Assembly (NCBI RefSeq): GCF_001194135.2
Contig: NC_068987.1
Span: forward strand, 1,338,631 to 1,402,630
DNA from: Octopus bimaculoides
Lineage: Eukaryota
Reading direction: 5' to 3'
DNA: 64,000 bases
The translations under genes were made by a program, and so were the position numbers. The notes under the pieces are model-generated. The model was given only the letters and a program-made list of their open reading frames with translations, made no database searches and had not been told where the DNA came from. Positions 1-13,843 of this stretch are shown here, piece by piece (position 1 is the stretch's first letter; each line of letters opens with the position of its first letter).

Positions 1-919
1 TTCCGATCTTATATATATACATTCATGTGTGTTATTGTGTGTGTATATAATCAGCGTATTTGCACATTTTTGTTAGCAAATATTGTTTCAAACGCAAAAA
101 TAAGACGCATAAATACATAGTAAGTATAACACAAGCATACACACACATGCGCGCGCGCACAAATAACAAACGTTTATATATGCTTTATAAGGATTATATA
201 CACAGATTTCCAATAAATATATGCTCGCACGCACACTTATGCAGATACACACACACATACACACACACACACACATACAACATATATCTGTGGATGATCT
301 GTCTATACACACGCTAAATCAGACGGAATCATCGACACACACGCTTACAAAATACAAGAATTATATCAATATAGGTGTAACTATCTAAGCAGAAATAATC
401 AAAATCGTGTATCTGTGTCTGTGTGTTTTTCTGAGAATGTGTAGGCGTATATATTCATATATCAATGCATATATATATATATATATATACACATCTCTAA
501 ACGTATAGAGAGATATGTGTGTAGGTAGATACGCATATGTGTGTGTGTCTATAAATATATATATATATATACATATACATATACATATACACACACACAA
601 AGCAAAAGAGGAGAGATTTAGAAAGAATGGTGTTGATTTGTGTAGGGATATACATAGAACTTCACTGATTTGATTCCATCTGAAGAATAAAAGGTAACGT
701 TTCATATGACGTGTGTAGGTGTTTGTGCGTGTTCAGCTGTTCAAACTAAGTGGCATAATCGAAGGTTTAAAAATGCGTGGCATCTCAATTAATATATACA
801 CCAACGCCAGCACACAAGTACAAATGCTCTATTCTCCTTTCTCTCTCTCTCTCTCTCTCTCTGTATTTCTTCATGTTTATACGCAAACACGTTCACTCAC
901 AGCCTCACACATATATGCA

Positions 920-961
<42 letters not shown>

Positions 962-3900
962 GGAGGGATAGATTGATAGACAGACAGAGAAACAGAGAGA
1001 GAGAGAGAGAAAGAGAGAGTTGAATAAGAAACAAAAGGCTGGATGATATTCTCTCTTCGATATCACTCCAATTGTTTCCACACACCGTCACACCCATAGA
1101 ACATTGGTGAGATGATAGAATTAACATATGGCGTAATCACTCCCATCCATCAAAGGAGTACGATGTGTTTCTTCCGGTAAGTATTTTGAATAAATTCTTC
1201 GTGAGGTCAGAATATCATTTCACTCTAGACAAGCAGGAAAAACCGAAGCAATGCGCTATATTTAGCAGTTTGCAGACAAAGCAAAATCCTGATGATAATG
1301 AGACAAAACGAAATAATAAAAAAAGAACGAAACAAACAGAAAACAAAAACACGTCCGGTAAATTATAAAATACAATACTTTCTTCACGGTCAGAATATTA
1401 AGGAGAAATATAAAAACAATATAAAGAATGAAATTAAGCTTTTAAGGATATCAATGTGATAAACTTATAGGGCTGAGCATTTCCGTGCCTGCTAGCTATC
1501 AAATTGAAAGGGATCTTAAGGGATCTTAAGTGGCCACTCCCTGTTATAAGGAAATATTTGGCTCCGTCATACGCACACCACAACTATACAAAGTTGATTC
1601 ATAACTGTCTAGCTTTTATATACACTTTGAAGCTGTTCAGAAAAATTAGTTGGTAGGTACACTCTTCCCTACCCGTTGTACGTTCCTTCATACAACGGGT
1701 ACCCAAAAGAAACCGAATTTTATAATATTATTTTATTTACTTAGTTTTGTGTGTTTACACTTTTATCGCCTTCAAATTATTCTCCATTTGAAGCATTGCA
1801 TCGGTCCACGTGCATTTCTTCCGGCGCGTGAATGATTCTCTCAGGTTTCCACCTTAAGATTGATGCCCATATTGTTACATGGTACCAAGTACTTTAATAA
1901 CCTTACCTCTAAAGACTGGCAATTAGAAACATTTATGCACTAAAGATGTTTATGAAGCAAATAAAACATAAGGAGAAATAAAACTGAAATAAATAAAATA
2001 ACCATAGTTCTGGTTATTCGGAGCTGTTCTGGGGTTAAATAGTAGCAACAACGACATACCGAATGAACCAACACGGGTCTCTCTAAGTGTGTTGCTCCAG
2101 CTGATATTTATAACTGCCAAAATTACAAATCGAAATGTATTTATTCATGTTTTCTAATTAAGACAAAAGACCAACAATATGAAGCGGTGGCGGTGGGGGG
2201 CGGAGTCCATCGCTATCGATATTGCCTTCTGATTGACAATGCATATCAGAAACACACCATTGGTCCATAAATGACGTCATGCGTTTTCACACTTTCTCTC
2301 TGTAGGCAATTTCCGCAGCGAAAGCCATTCCACGATTGAATGTACACCAACGTGTTAAAACTAATTGTTACACCTATATTTTAAACAATAGTGTTTAACG
2401 TGTCTCTAGTCTTCTCACATAATTATTTCTAATTTCAATTTGGTACTTTGGATATGTCAGAATATTTTAACATTAAGGAATCTATAGATGTATTACTTTC
2501 TACCGTGAAATACCAGATATAGCGTGAACTTTTTGCAGCATGGTATGAAGCTTGGATCTCACACACTCGAAATATAACATTCTCTAAACATATCCTGGTA
2601 GTATTTTTGTGTCTTGTAATTATTGGTCTTTTTAGCTAACCCCAGTTCAGTAGAGATCCAGCAGATATTTAATAAAGTATGGATTACCAACCAGCTGATG
2701 TACATCATCCGGTTTCTGTGACTAAAGAGGAGCTAAAGACTCCGAGATTCTTGCATCTCACAGTCTGGATAGGTGACATTGTAAGCTGATTTAGGTGTAT
2801 TTACTCCATTCGTCTACAGCGAGAAATTTTCTCAATGACAAAACACGGTGAATGGCTTGTTTACAAGTCCGAGAGTGCCGCTGGCATATTTGAACTGTTG
2901 ATGACATTGCATTTTTACACATCTCTGCTTAGCGCTCCCACCTCGTAATAAAGTATGTTGCATGACCGTCTCACCGATTTCTTTCATGAGTTAATGTGTC
3001 AACGATAACATTATCTAACGTGTCCTACCTTATATTGAACCTATAAGGTGTGAGTTGAATAATTTGTCTGTTATCTCTAGCAAGTTAAGCTACCATGTAA
3101 GAGCTTGTTCAATGATTCGATATAGCTGGAGATTTTAATATTTTATTCAATAACCCATCATGTCCACATGTTCAGTAATAAAACACATTGCCGCCATGTT
3201 TGACTATGGCCAGGATAATGTTATAAAACTGACTGAGCTCTTTAAGTATGAACTGCACGTCTGCTCCTCTGTTTCTTTTAATGTTAATGTCATTGTTATC
3301 TGACTCTAGTTGTGAATATTTCGCCACAGTTTTCTCTACCATTGGCACATTTGTTAATGATGTGTTGTGTAGATTATGATACTATTACCGTCGTTCTATC
3401 TGCTTTCTCTGTAATTCTATTTTTAATATTGCTGTAGCCATATTAATGTTATTTTCGCCATTACAACTGCTTACTTAAACGTGGTAACTACGTTCTTTGT
3501 TATGGACCCGACTGAGGGAATCAGGATATCACAAAAATACTGCTACAAATCTATATCAACCTTAAAGCCTACCTCACGCAACCATATGTACGTAAAACAT
3601 AAAAATTTAATTCATTTTAACCCGCCTGTCATGATTCTACCGCCCATAACATTACCTCACAGAATATACCCAACATAAACCTCATATTAATGGAATTCAC
3701 ATAATCTTGCCTCAGGTCCAACAACCCTAGATGCAAACTTACTAAATATACCTGTACCCCACAATAACCCACCCTACACACAAGAACCTACCTCATAAAA
3801 TTTTGTTTCTCCCCCACAAAGCTACGTGACATCAAACCCAACTCACATATAACTTATCACACACAAATCTGCCTCACGTTCAAACCCACAGGTCACAAAT

Positions 3901-4410
3901 CTAGCCCATCTACCTCTTGGGGTACCAATTGCCACAGAGATTCTCAGGCTTCATCAATACGCCAATAAATAACTTAAGTTTCAAATCAATAGGAATTTTA
4001 ACAAACTTTTGAAATTCAAGAATACCCGTCAACCAGCAATGGACCATCTAGAAATAGCAGTCAAATCAGTAACAGATACGATATTGCCGTCATAAAGAAA
4101 TATTGCACACAATGTATCACATTATATACAACGGCGAGTGAGTGACGGCTGGAAGAGTTCTGATCATATGTCTACTGTGCAGTGATTGGTTACGTGTTAA
4201 ACAACAACGACACCGAGAATAACCCTGAGCGACATTTAAATAAATTCGGTAATGAATTTCTTGTTTTAAACGAGATGTGTCCGGGTGGAATCAACCGGAT
4301 TATCGCAAACCTGACTTTCGTTCCACAACAATCCGAACAATGTGTGCAGCAACTCAATTGCTAACACGGTTGCTGCAACTTGCGTTACTGCTTATTATTA
4401 TCACAATCGT

Positions 4411-4555
4411 GAAGGTGGGGGGAGCTCCTAGAATTGTTAGTGCCTCGGACAAAATTCTTAGCGGCATTTGTTGCAGCTCCTTGCATTTTGAGTTCAAATA
4501 TCCCCTGAACTCAAATTTGCCTTTCATCTTTTCGGGGTCGCTAAAATAAAGGACC
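4411..4555 (+). mobile_element. Degenerate tRNA-derived SINE, family A (GGCGGCGAGCTGGCAGAA-type)
   Basis: Shares 'cttagcggcattt...gagttcaaat...tttgcctttcatcttttcggggtcg.taaaataa' with the better copies at 42874 and 47208. Confidence 0.75.
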
Positions 4556-4640
4556 ACAACACCCAAAGATTAGGCGGTCCCCTGTTTGAATCTCGTTGTA
4601 GCGGTATCGGTACTTTGGTTCTACACTATTCTTCGTCAGT

Positions 4641-5008
4641 GGGGGTGCTATGGCTCAGTGGTTAGAGAAGCGGACTCGCAGTCGTAGGATCGCGCTTTCG
4701 ATTCCAAGACCGGGTGTTGTGAGTGTTTATTGAGCGAAAACACCTAAAGCTCTACGAGACTCCGGCAGGGGAAGGGATGTACTCTGCTGTACTCTTTCGC
4801 CACAACTCTTTCTTCCTGTTTCTGTTGTACCTGTATTTCAGAGAGCCAGCTTTGTCACACTGTGTGTCACGCAGAATCTCCCCGAGAACTACGTTAAGTG
4901 TACACATGTCTGTGGAGTGCTCAGCCACTTGCACGTTAATTTCACAAGCAGGCTGTTCCATTGATCGGATCAACTGGAACCCTTGTCGTCGTAACCGACA
5001 GAGTACCA
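4641..5008 (+). mobile_element. tRNA-derived SINE, family B
   Basis: A box TGGCTCAGTGG (4651-4661) and B-box-like TTTCGATTCC (4696-4705). 3' body 'gagaactacgttaag.gtacac.tgtctgtggagtgctcagccactt.cacgttaatttcac...gtcgtaaccgac' is shared with the reverse copies at 12.96, 14.55 and 34.1 kb. Confidence 0.85.
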
Positions 5009-5019
5009 CGATTATTCAT

Positions 5020-5520
5020 CACATTAGCTTGGTAGTTCCTAATCAGTTAGCTCTGATCTTCAGCAGCTAAGATGAAGCCTTCGCCCCGCAGCCACTGGTG
5101 GGTGTGCTTCTGGTCTACATCAGCTTCTTTGCTACAAGCCAGATATTTGCTTTGCAGAGGTTTTTGTTCCCACCTATCAACCAATTGTTTAAACGATTTT
5201 TGCTTTGCCATTGATTTCACCTTCTTGGTAACTTCAGTTGCCATACTTTCATCATTCTGTTCAACCTGGGTATTATGCATCAACTCACTTGAACATGTTT
5301 TGCTCTCCTTCATAACAGAATGTAGCTTCTTACGTCTTTCATGGTTTTCAACGAGCTTTAGCATCCAGTCGTTATAGGTTTCAAGTCCTAATTGGCCAGT
5401 CCAATTGTGGTGGATTTCGAGATGGATCAAGCTTCGTCATCCTTTGGGTGGTGCACCATACTGCAAGTCAGCAGCTAATGGATTTTCCTGTCAATGTCTT
5501 TTGATTTCGCTGATATTCCA
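5020..5520 (-). mobile_element. R4/Dong-clade non-LTR retrotransposon fragment (post-RT region)
   Basis: Minus strand reads DIDRK..LLTC..HHPK then DWMLKLVENHERRKKLHSV...DVDQKHTHQWLR-GEGFILAAEDQS, matching the R4/Dong HHPKADVDRLY / ETEGFILAAQDQSL region. Ends at a (CAT)n tract. Confidence 0.85.
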
Positions 5521-5562
<42 letters not shown>

Positions 5563-6781
5563 TCCTGATGTGGTATGTGAATAATGAATCGCATTCCTAC
5601 TTGTAAGATATTGTTCCATATATCCTTTGTTTTCTGATTCACCTAGTCGTATGATTTGTTATCTATCTATCTACCTATCTATCCATAAATAAATAAATAA
5701 ATAAATAAATNNNNNNNNNNNNNNNNNNNNNNNNNNNNNNNNNNNNNNNNNNNNNNNNNNNNNNNNNNNNNNNNNNNNNNNNNNNNNNNNNNNNNNNNNN
5801 NNNNNNNNNNNNNNNNNNNNNNNNNNNNNNNNNNNNNNNNNNNNNNNNNNNNNNNNNNNNNNNNNNNNNNNNNNNNNNNNNNNNNNNNNNNNNNNNNNNN
5901 NNNNNNNNNNNNNNNNNNNNNNNNNNNNNNNNNNNNNNNNNNNNNNNNNNNNNNNNNNNNNNNNNNNNNNNNNNNNNNNNNNNNNNNNNNNNNNNNNNNN
6001 NNNNNNNNNNNNNNNNNNNNNNNNNNNNNNNNNNNNNNNNNNNNNNNNNNNNNNNNNNNNNNNNNNNNNNNNNNNNTATATATATATATATATATATGCA
6101 TATATATATATATGCATGTCTATACATGTATGTATGTATAACTATGTGCGAACATGAATATTTGAAATATTTAAAATAATATTCTGTATTCTAGGCAGTG
6201 ACGTCGGAGTTAAACAGAAACAGTGATGATATTTCGTGTGCCATTATATTAAATTCATTTTTAATTTCTTAGCTTCAGGTTCCAACTGCTGATAACATAT
6301 TTCTAGCATTGTATTGAGGCATGCACGCGTTGTCATATTTGTTTTTAATGAAGCTATGTACCTGTGTGAATAAGTGTCTTTGCAACACGTATTTCTTGAT
6401 TTGTATATGTTAGAAAATTTGTTGCTATTTATCTGTACATGCGTGTACAAAGGCATGAATATACAGACAAGAAGACACACACAACCGTGCGCTCGCATTC
6501 ACAGAGTCACAGTCACACATAACATAAACTCACACACACAGCATGCATTCATACACACATATATGTATATTAATTCATAATTCAATGATTCTAAACAATA
6601 ATGTTTAAATTTAAGCGAACGCACACACACACACGCGCGCGCGCATACTCACGCACAGATATATGTATATGAAAGACACATGCAAATATATTTATACACA
6701 TATTCTTAGATATCCACTCACACTTACATGTACATACGTTTATATACACATATGCGCCTAGGTACATACACACACACACAT

Positions 6782-7019
6782 ACATACATACCTATAAATA
6801 TATATATAATTATATATATATATACATGCATATAATTGTATATAGATATACATATAAACACACACCCAAACGTTCATTAACACATGCATTGAACACATAC
6901 ATACATACCTATAAATATATATATAATTATATATATATACATGCATATAATTGTATATAGATATACATATAAACACACACCCAAACGTTCATTAACACAT
7001 ACATTGAACACATACATAC
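6782..7019. repeat. Two-copy tandem duplication, period about 117 bp
   Basis: 'cctataaatatatatataatt...cccaaacgttcattaacaca..cattgaacacatac' occurs at about 6791 and 6908. Confidence 0.9.
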
Positions 7020-7434
7020 GAACACATACGGAACCATGAAGCAATATCTCTCTCCTTCTCCTTCCTGTAATGAAAATTAAATAATGAAAAGACCATAGGG
7101 AAGTTTACAAATTTTGAGTAACATCAAGGGAAACCTTTAAGTGAATACGCAGTTGCTATAATTGAGCTGAAGCGAATTTTCCTTCGTTTTTAATCCCACG
7201 TTACTATGTCTTTCTAATCAATTCCTTCATACATTTTTCTACGTCACATCAGACCGCCATTTTCAGGCTGTTTTTTTTTTGCTTTTTTCTTTTCTCTTCT
7301 ATTGTCTTGTCTTCGTTTCACACTTTGAATCCAAAAGTAAGCTGTAGCGGTGTATATATGTCCACACACGCGCACACAGCATTTCTATACAGGTAGACAC
7401 ACGCGTACATATACATACACACACACACACCTGT

Positions 7435-7507
<73 letters not shown>

Positions 7508-7565
7508 CAAACCCACACAGATATATACATATTTATATATATGTATGTATGTATGTATGCATGTT

Positions 7566-7619
<54 letters not shown>

Positions 7620-7918
7620 ACTATATCATGTGTATATATGAATAATTGTACTTATGTATACGAATATATACAAGCATATATGTGTGTAAATATGCACATA
7701 TAAGTATACGTATATATTTTATACATAGTAAAGATGTGCAAGTATATATTATATCTATATATATTTATCTATATCTATCTATATATGATGGTGGGTATAT
7801 TTACATCTATGCATTTACCGATTATTTCTTATGCGAGATTGCTTGAGGAGTTACTTAGGAGTAAGGAATATCATACTGGACCACATTTAAAAATGTGACA
7901 TATACCATTTCATATATG

Positions 7919-8000
<82 letters not shown>

Positions 8001-8107
8001 GATGCCTGTATATATATCATATATACACACACATACATACATACATACATACATATTCATCTATGTGCCTACTTTTTGCATATATATATATGTGTGTGTG
8101 TGTGTAT

Positions 8108-8362
8108 AGTAAAGATTGTTTGCCAACATAACATGGCAGTCCTGGTTTAGGACGAATGTTGCTGTAATTTAGTCCCAGGAGACATCGTCTCCAGGTGGTT
8201 ATACGACACGACTTGTGTCCTTATATTTTCGAACAAGGGAAAAATATAAGGACACAGATCGTGTGGTATACCCAGCTGGAGCCGATGTCTCCTGGAGCTA
8301 AATTACAGCAACATTCGTCCTAAACCAGGACCGCCGTGTTATGTTGGCAAACAATCTTTACT
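8108..8362. mobile_element. Foldback/MITE-like element, about 120-bp arms with a very short loop
   Basis: Left arm 'agtaaagattgtttgccaacataacatggcagtcctggtttaggacgaatgttgctgtaattt...gtgtccttatatttt' is the near-perfect reverse complement of the right arm 'aaaatataaggacac...aaattacagcaacattcgtcctaaaccaggaccgccgtgttatgttggcaaacaatctttact'. Confidence 0.9.
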
Positions 8363-10309
8363 CCAAAATACTGTTGCTGAATATCTCTCGTTGTGAGATT
8401 TAAAAATAATAATTTTCTAATACATATATCGATAGATAAGTTGATGTTCACGGAATATATGTTGGCTCATGCGATACATATACCACGATGGGTGTGTGTG
8501 GCTGTATTTTCGTTGGTACAGGTGCATACCTCTGCAAATTCTGCTTACTCTATTGCATGCAGATTCTCAATGTATTACATCATAATTGCTTTGTTATGCT
8601 CGCTATTGAAAAACGCATATATAATGCACATTCGTACGTATGTATACAGTAAAGAAATATTCGTCCATACACAAAACACGCTCATTTAGCAGTATTTACC
8701 TCCAGTGTTCATGGAGTTGTTATGTTTCTGTTTTACAGTCACGTCTAAATGTTTTTCTCGCAAATACTTTTATTCTTCATTTCAAAAGTATGCCTTTGTA
8801 GATTTTAGAGACTTAAATTTTGGATTTTCTTCAGGACTTAACACACGGAATCCTTTCATATAAATTCATTTTTTCGTCCTTGCGAAGAATATTTGACATT
8901 GAAAGAACGCGTAGTTTGCTAAGTACTGAAGGTAAAGACAAAACGTTAATCCCTTCCACACGCACTCATACTCTTCGTTTGTTCTGTCTTTAATTAATCA
9001 ATATTTTTAATCAAGGAACAAAAGATAAAGCCCATACGAAATACTTTCGTTGATAACATTATAAATCATATATAGTCGACACATTTTTAAGACTAATTTA
9101 ATTCATTATAAAATACCTTTGTTTACGAACCTTAAAGTTTAAAAAATCTTCGAGAAAACAACTTCCACTTTTCAGTAACGAATTTAACTTTACCACCTGC
9201 AAAAGTCACATGTTATTAAAATTAATAAATGTTCCGAAATCTGAGATTAGAAAAGTGGTTGTTACTTTTTGAAACGTTTATCCATTTAAATTTTTAATTT
9301 AAAATCTATAAGTATACATTTTTAAGCGATAAGTTTTAAAAGAATTTCGTGTACGAGGTAGAAAAGTAGATCTATGTTTTGATAATGGTCATTCTATCCC
9401 TAACGATTCAAGTATAAACCTGAATACATGGATATAGACTGTCTACCGTCACTGAATGGTGCATTTATATATCTCCTATCACAACATATTNNNNNNNNNN
9501 NNNNNNNNNNNNNNNNNNNNNNNNNNNNNNNNNNNNNNNNNNNNNNNNNNNNNNNNNNNNNNNNNNNNNNNNNNNNNNNNNNNNNNNNNNNNNNNNNNNN
9601 NNNNNNNNNNNNNNNNNNNNNNNNNNNNNNNNNNNNNNNNNNNNNNNNNNNNNNNNNNNNNNNNNNNNNNNNNNNNNNNNNNNNNNNNNNNNNNNNNNNN
9701 NNNNNNNNNNNNNNNNNNNNNNNNNNNNNNNNNATATATATATATATATATAATTTGTAAACGAGAATGTTCTTGACAGTGACATCGAAGTTTCGGCCAG
9801 TGAAGCGACCGTCGGACGATCTTATTCAAGAATAATGAATTCGTACTGTACAAAAGTATAAAATGATATCAGAATAGCTTAAAATCGTTGTCATTGCCTC
9901 TGAACATAAAAACAAACGTTCAGAATTATGGGAACTGAAAAGAAATAAAATTGGTTGGGTGAAAAGTGAGACTTTTGATAGAGTAACGCTTACATTAAAT
10001 TATCATTATATATAAGTTTTTTTGAGGAGATTGCATATACATAATTACACAAACGTAATATAAATATAAACACAATTATGTCGATATCATGTATTTACAT
10101 TTTGAAAAATTTTACTTTAGGCATCCATCGAATAAACGCCCTTCATTCAAGTCGTCCCTCTATGTCACAGTTTACTTCAATAATGACGGTTGAAAATGCT
10201 GCAATAATTAATTTAATGTGGTCGGCAACGATTTTGTACAAATATACACTAAAGGATCCACATTGTGACTCCTCTTCACCGCTGAGAAATTGTACATATT
10301 GACACCTGT

Positions 10310-10450
10310 TTTTTTCATGTTGGGTCGTATCGAATCCAATGCTCCGATGACAACAGGGGCAACCTTTAGGTTTGACTCTCTTTGCTGCCCCATCTTGGCG
10401 ATCTCAATTCTCAGGGCTCTATATTTATCAACCTTCTCCCTTTCTTTCAT
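10310..10450 (-). mobile_element. R4/Dong restriction-like endonuclease (REL) fragment
   Basis: Translation KEREKVDKYRALRIEIAKM...LKVAPVVIGALDSI matches the REL KE.EK..KY..L..E+...W...V.V.PVVIGALG motif. Abuts a (GTA/GGT)n tract. Confidence 0.85.
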
Positions 10451-11527
10451 GATAGTAGTAGTGGTGGTGGTGGTGGTAGTAGTAATTGTAGTAGTAGTGG
10501 TGATGGTAGTGGTGGTGGTGGTGGTGGTGATCGTAGTGGGAATAGTAGTAGTAATAGTATGATCGGTAGTGTTTCTGTAGCTGCTACTGCTGGTGTAATA
10601 TTGATATCCCTGTTTGCACCTTTCACTATTTTGCATCCAGTGATTCTTCGGTTCTTTCCCTCTCTTCTGTTTGCATCACTCTCCCATCTCTCTCTCCTGT
10701 CTCTCTCTCCCATATTTCTCTCTCTCTCTCTCTCTTCTATTAGAACTCATACCAATCTATTCCCCCCCACCCTTCTCTTTCCTAATATTTCATACACTCA
10801 CACCTCTCCCTTCTCTTCACTTTCCTTCTAACACAACTTTCTCTCTTCTATCTCACGACATCCACCTACTCTTAGACGAGTTTTTTTAAATATATATTTT
10901 AGTTCTCAGCCACTAATACGTGTGTCTTTCTGTTTATCTGTATTTCTGTCTGTATATATGTGTGTGTTTTGTGTATACGTGTGTTATGTGTGTGTTTTGT
11001 GTATGTGTGTGTTTTGTGTGTGTACACTTTTCCCGTATCCTCACCGTATATTCTTCATTTATACGTGATAAGGTTTTGATATCTAGAGATTTGTTATTAG
11101 CCTATATGCTTTCCTCCCCCTCCTCATCTCCTCCACTACCCATGGCACATTCTCTGTTTATTATCTTTTACTTTTCCTTTCTTTTTAAATTCGCATTTCC
11201 ATCTCTCTATTCCTACTCATGTCTCTGTCCTCCTCTCTTCCTTTTTATTTTTTTACTTTAATCTTATATACATTTAAGATAATTATAACTATTAACATTT
11301 ACACATTTATAGCAATCTTCCTTCTAAAATGCTTATATAATGCACTATTAAACATTAAAACGTGAGATTGAAAGTTTTATAATCATAGCAGATGTAGATC
11401 TTGTTTTCATCCATATACAAGTATTTAAATGTAATTTAAAATATAATTAGTCTTAATGATCACTCAAAACTCGGAGTAACAAATTAATGAAATCTTGTTG
11501 AATGAATATTCAGGCATAATTCTATTA

Positions 11528-11567
<40 letters not shown>

Positions 11568-11730
11568 CATCTATATAACTATCTATCTATCTATTTCCCT
11601 ATCTCTCTCTCTCTATCTATTTCCTTATCTATCTATCTATCTGTCCATCTGTCTGTTTCTATCTATCTATTTATCTGTCTGTCTGTCTACTATAGTTTAA
11701 CCGTGTCTTTTATTCGTTGGGCAGTGAAAG

Positions 11731-11921
11731 TTAAAAATCTTTCTTTTCTGTCTTAATCGCTTCAGTGAAATTTGTGGTGGTGGTGGGAGAAGCGTCAGTT
11801 GAAGAAGTTGACGGTGAAGTGGTGGTGGTGGCGTTTCTCTTCTTTAAGGTCGAAGGCTTTGCGACGATATCGCTGTTGTTGCTGGTGGCAACGGTGTTAG
11901 CGTTCACGCGTACACCTGCAC
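11731..11921 (-). CDS. Candidate terminal coding exon of an unidentified gene (Thr/Ser-rich C-terminus)
   Basis: Reads GAGVRVNANTVATSNNSDIVAKPSTLKKRNATTTTSPSTSSTDASPTTTTNFTEAIKTEKKDF*, with AATAAA 17 nt after the stop (11709-11714). The acceptor (cacgaacag|G) lacks a pyrimidine tract, and the opposite strand is also open. Confidence 0.3.
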
Positions 11922-12220
11922 CTGTTCGTGTGACACATCACCCTGTCTTCCCTCCTTCACGAAGCCGTGGTGAAGGGAGTGTAATGAAATCAACGTCGCA
12001 AAGAGAGTTGCTATGGAGACCGGCGTTCGTTATGAAATCGTCTGCTTGGCTTCAAGACGCCGATTCTCAAAACTAAAAAAAATGGCTAAAAGCCGAAAGC
12101 AATTTTAGATAATATCGGTAAATTCGCCCACACAGGGCAGATTTCCCGTNNNNNNNNNNATATATATATGTGTAAGTATGTATATATGTGTGTAAGTATA
12201 TATATATATGTGTGTGTGTG

Positions 12221-12410
12221 TGTTGTTTGGATATATACATCTGTACGTTTTTACAATCAGACATAAAATTCGGTAACCATGAGTATATCTGTCTGTCTCT
12301 ATATTGACACAGACGTCTACATACAAATATATATATATATATATGAATATATACATACTTTTGTCTGATTGTAAAAACTTACAGATGTATGTCCAAACAA
12401 ACTAACACAC
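12221..12410. repeat. Imperfect inverted repeat pair (about 45-bp arms, about 90-bp spacer), MITE-like
   Basis: 'tgtttggatatatacatctgtacgtttttacaatcagacataaaa' versus 'ttttgtctgattgtaaaaacttacagatgtatgtccaaaca'. Confidence 0.75.
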
Positions 12411-12824
12411 CCACACATACACACACACACGTACACACAACCACACAAATACAAGCACACACGCAAACAAGCGCAAACACTAAAAAACACACACACTTAC
12501 CAACACCATTCAACTAAACAGAATAATCAATCCATCAACTGCAGACGTCTGGTCTTATTTACTTTCCCTGAGCGCTCGTTACACACACACACACACTTAT
12601 ATGTACACATACACATATCCGCACGCGGTACATTTGCACAGTTAGTGTCGTTTACTTCACTAATTCAATTTGAAAAGTTGTGACTAAAAGCTGTTTCTTT
12701 AATAATTGTCATTAAAGTACATTTTCTAAGTTTCTGACATAAGTAAACATAATTATTGACATGTTAATGTAACTCCGAGAACGCTACGTCCCCCATCTCG
12801 ACACCCCCCTCTCTCTCTGTCTCG

Positions 12825-12859
<35 letters not shown>

Positions 12860-12930
12860 CTAACATATATATACATATAGATACATGTACACACATATGT
12901 AGTATACAAACACACATGTATAAGTACACA

Positions 12931-13102
12931 GAAACCTGTATGTATACATATTAGCATAAAAGGAGCACTCCGTCGGTTACGACGACGAGGGTCCCAGCTG
13001 ATACGATCAACGGAACAGCTTGCTCGTGAAATTAACGTGCAAGTGGCTGAGCACTCCACAGACACGTGTAACCTTAACGCAGTTCTCAAGGAGATTCAGC
13101 GT
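12931..13102 (-). mobile_element. SINE family B 3' part, cut by assembly gap
   Basis: Reverse complement of the family B body. 7 substitutions relative to 14523-14694. Confidence 0.85.
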
Positions 13103-13714
13103 AANNNNNNNNNNNNNNNNNNNNNNNNNNNNNNNNNNNNNNNNNNNNNNNNNNNNNNNNNNNNNNNNNNNNNNNNNNNNNNNNNNNNNNNNNNNNNNNN
13201 NNNNNNNNNNNNNNNNNNNNNNNNNNNNNNNNNNNNNNNNNNNNNNNNNNNNNNNNNNNNNNNNNNNNNNNNNNNNNNNNNNNNNNNNNNNNNNNNNNNN
13301 NNNNNNNNNNNNNNNNNNNNNNNNNNNNNNNNNNNNNNNNNNNNNNNNNNNNNNNNNNNNNNNNNNNNNNNNNNNNNNNNNNNNNNNNNNNNNNNNNNNN
13401 NNNNNNNNNNNNNNNNNNNNNNNNNNNNNNNNNNNNNNNNNNNNNNNNNNNNNNNNNNNNNNNNNNNNNNNNNNNNNNNNNNNNNNNNNNNNNNNNNNNN
13501 NNNNNNNNNNNNNNNNNNNNNNNNNNNNNNNNNNNNNNNNNNNNNNNNNNNNNNNNNNNNNNNNNNNNNNNNNNNNNNNNNNNNNNNNNNNNNNNNNNNN
13601 NNNNNNNNNNNNNNNNNNNNNNNNNNNNNNNNNNNNNNNNNNNNNNNNNNNNNNNNNNNNNNNNNNNNNNNNNNNNNNNNNNNNNNNNNNNNNNNNATAT
13701 ATACATATATATAC

Positions 13715-13745
<31 letters not shown>

Positions 13746-13758
13746 CATATATATATAC

Positions 13759-13843
<85 letters not shown>

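Noticed and set aside
2500-3480. Possible Penelope RT remnant (KADRTTVIVS; HQLVGNP) on the minus strand
   Set aside because: The motifs are short, and their spacing is far larger than in real Penelope RTs.
9765-9860. SASEATVGRSYS resembling the hAT dimerisation motif (S...ER.FS)
   Set aside because: Too short and adjacent to a gap.
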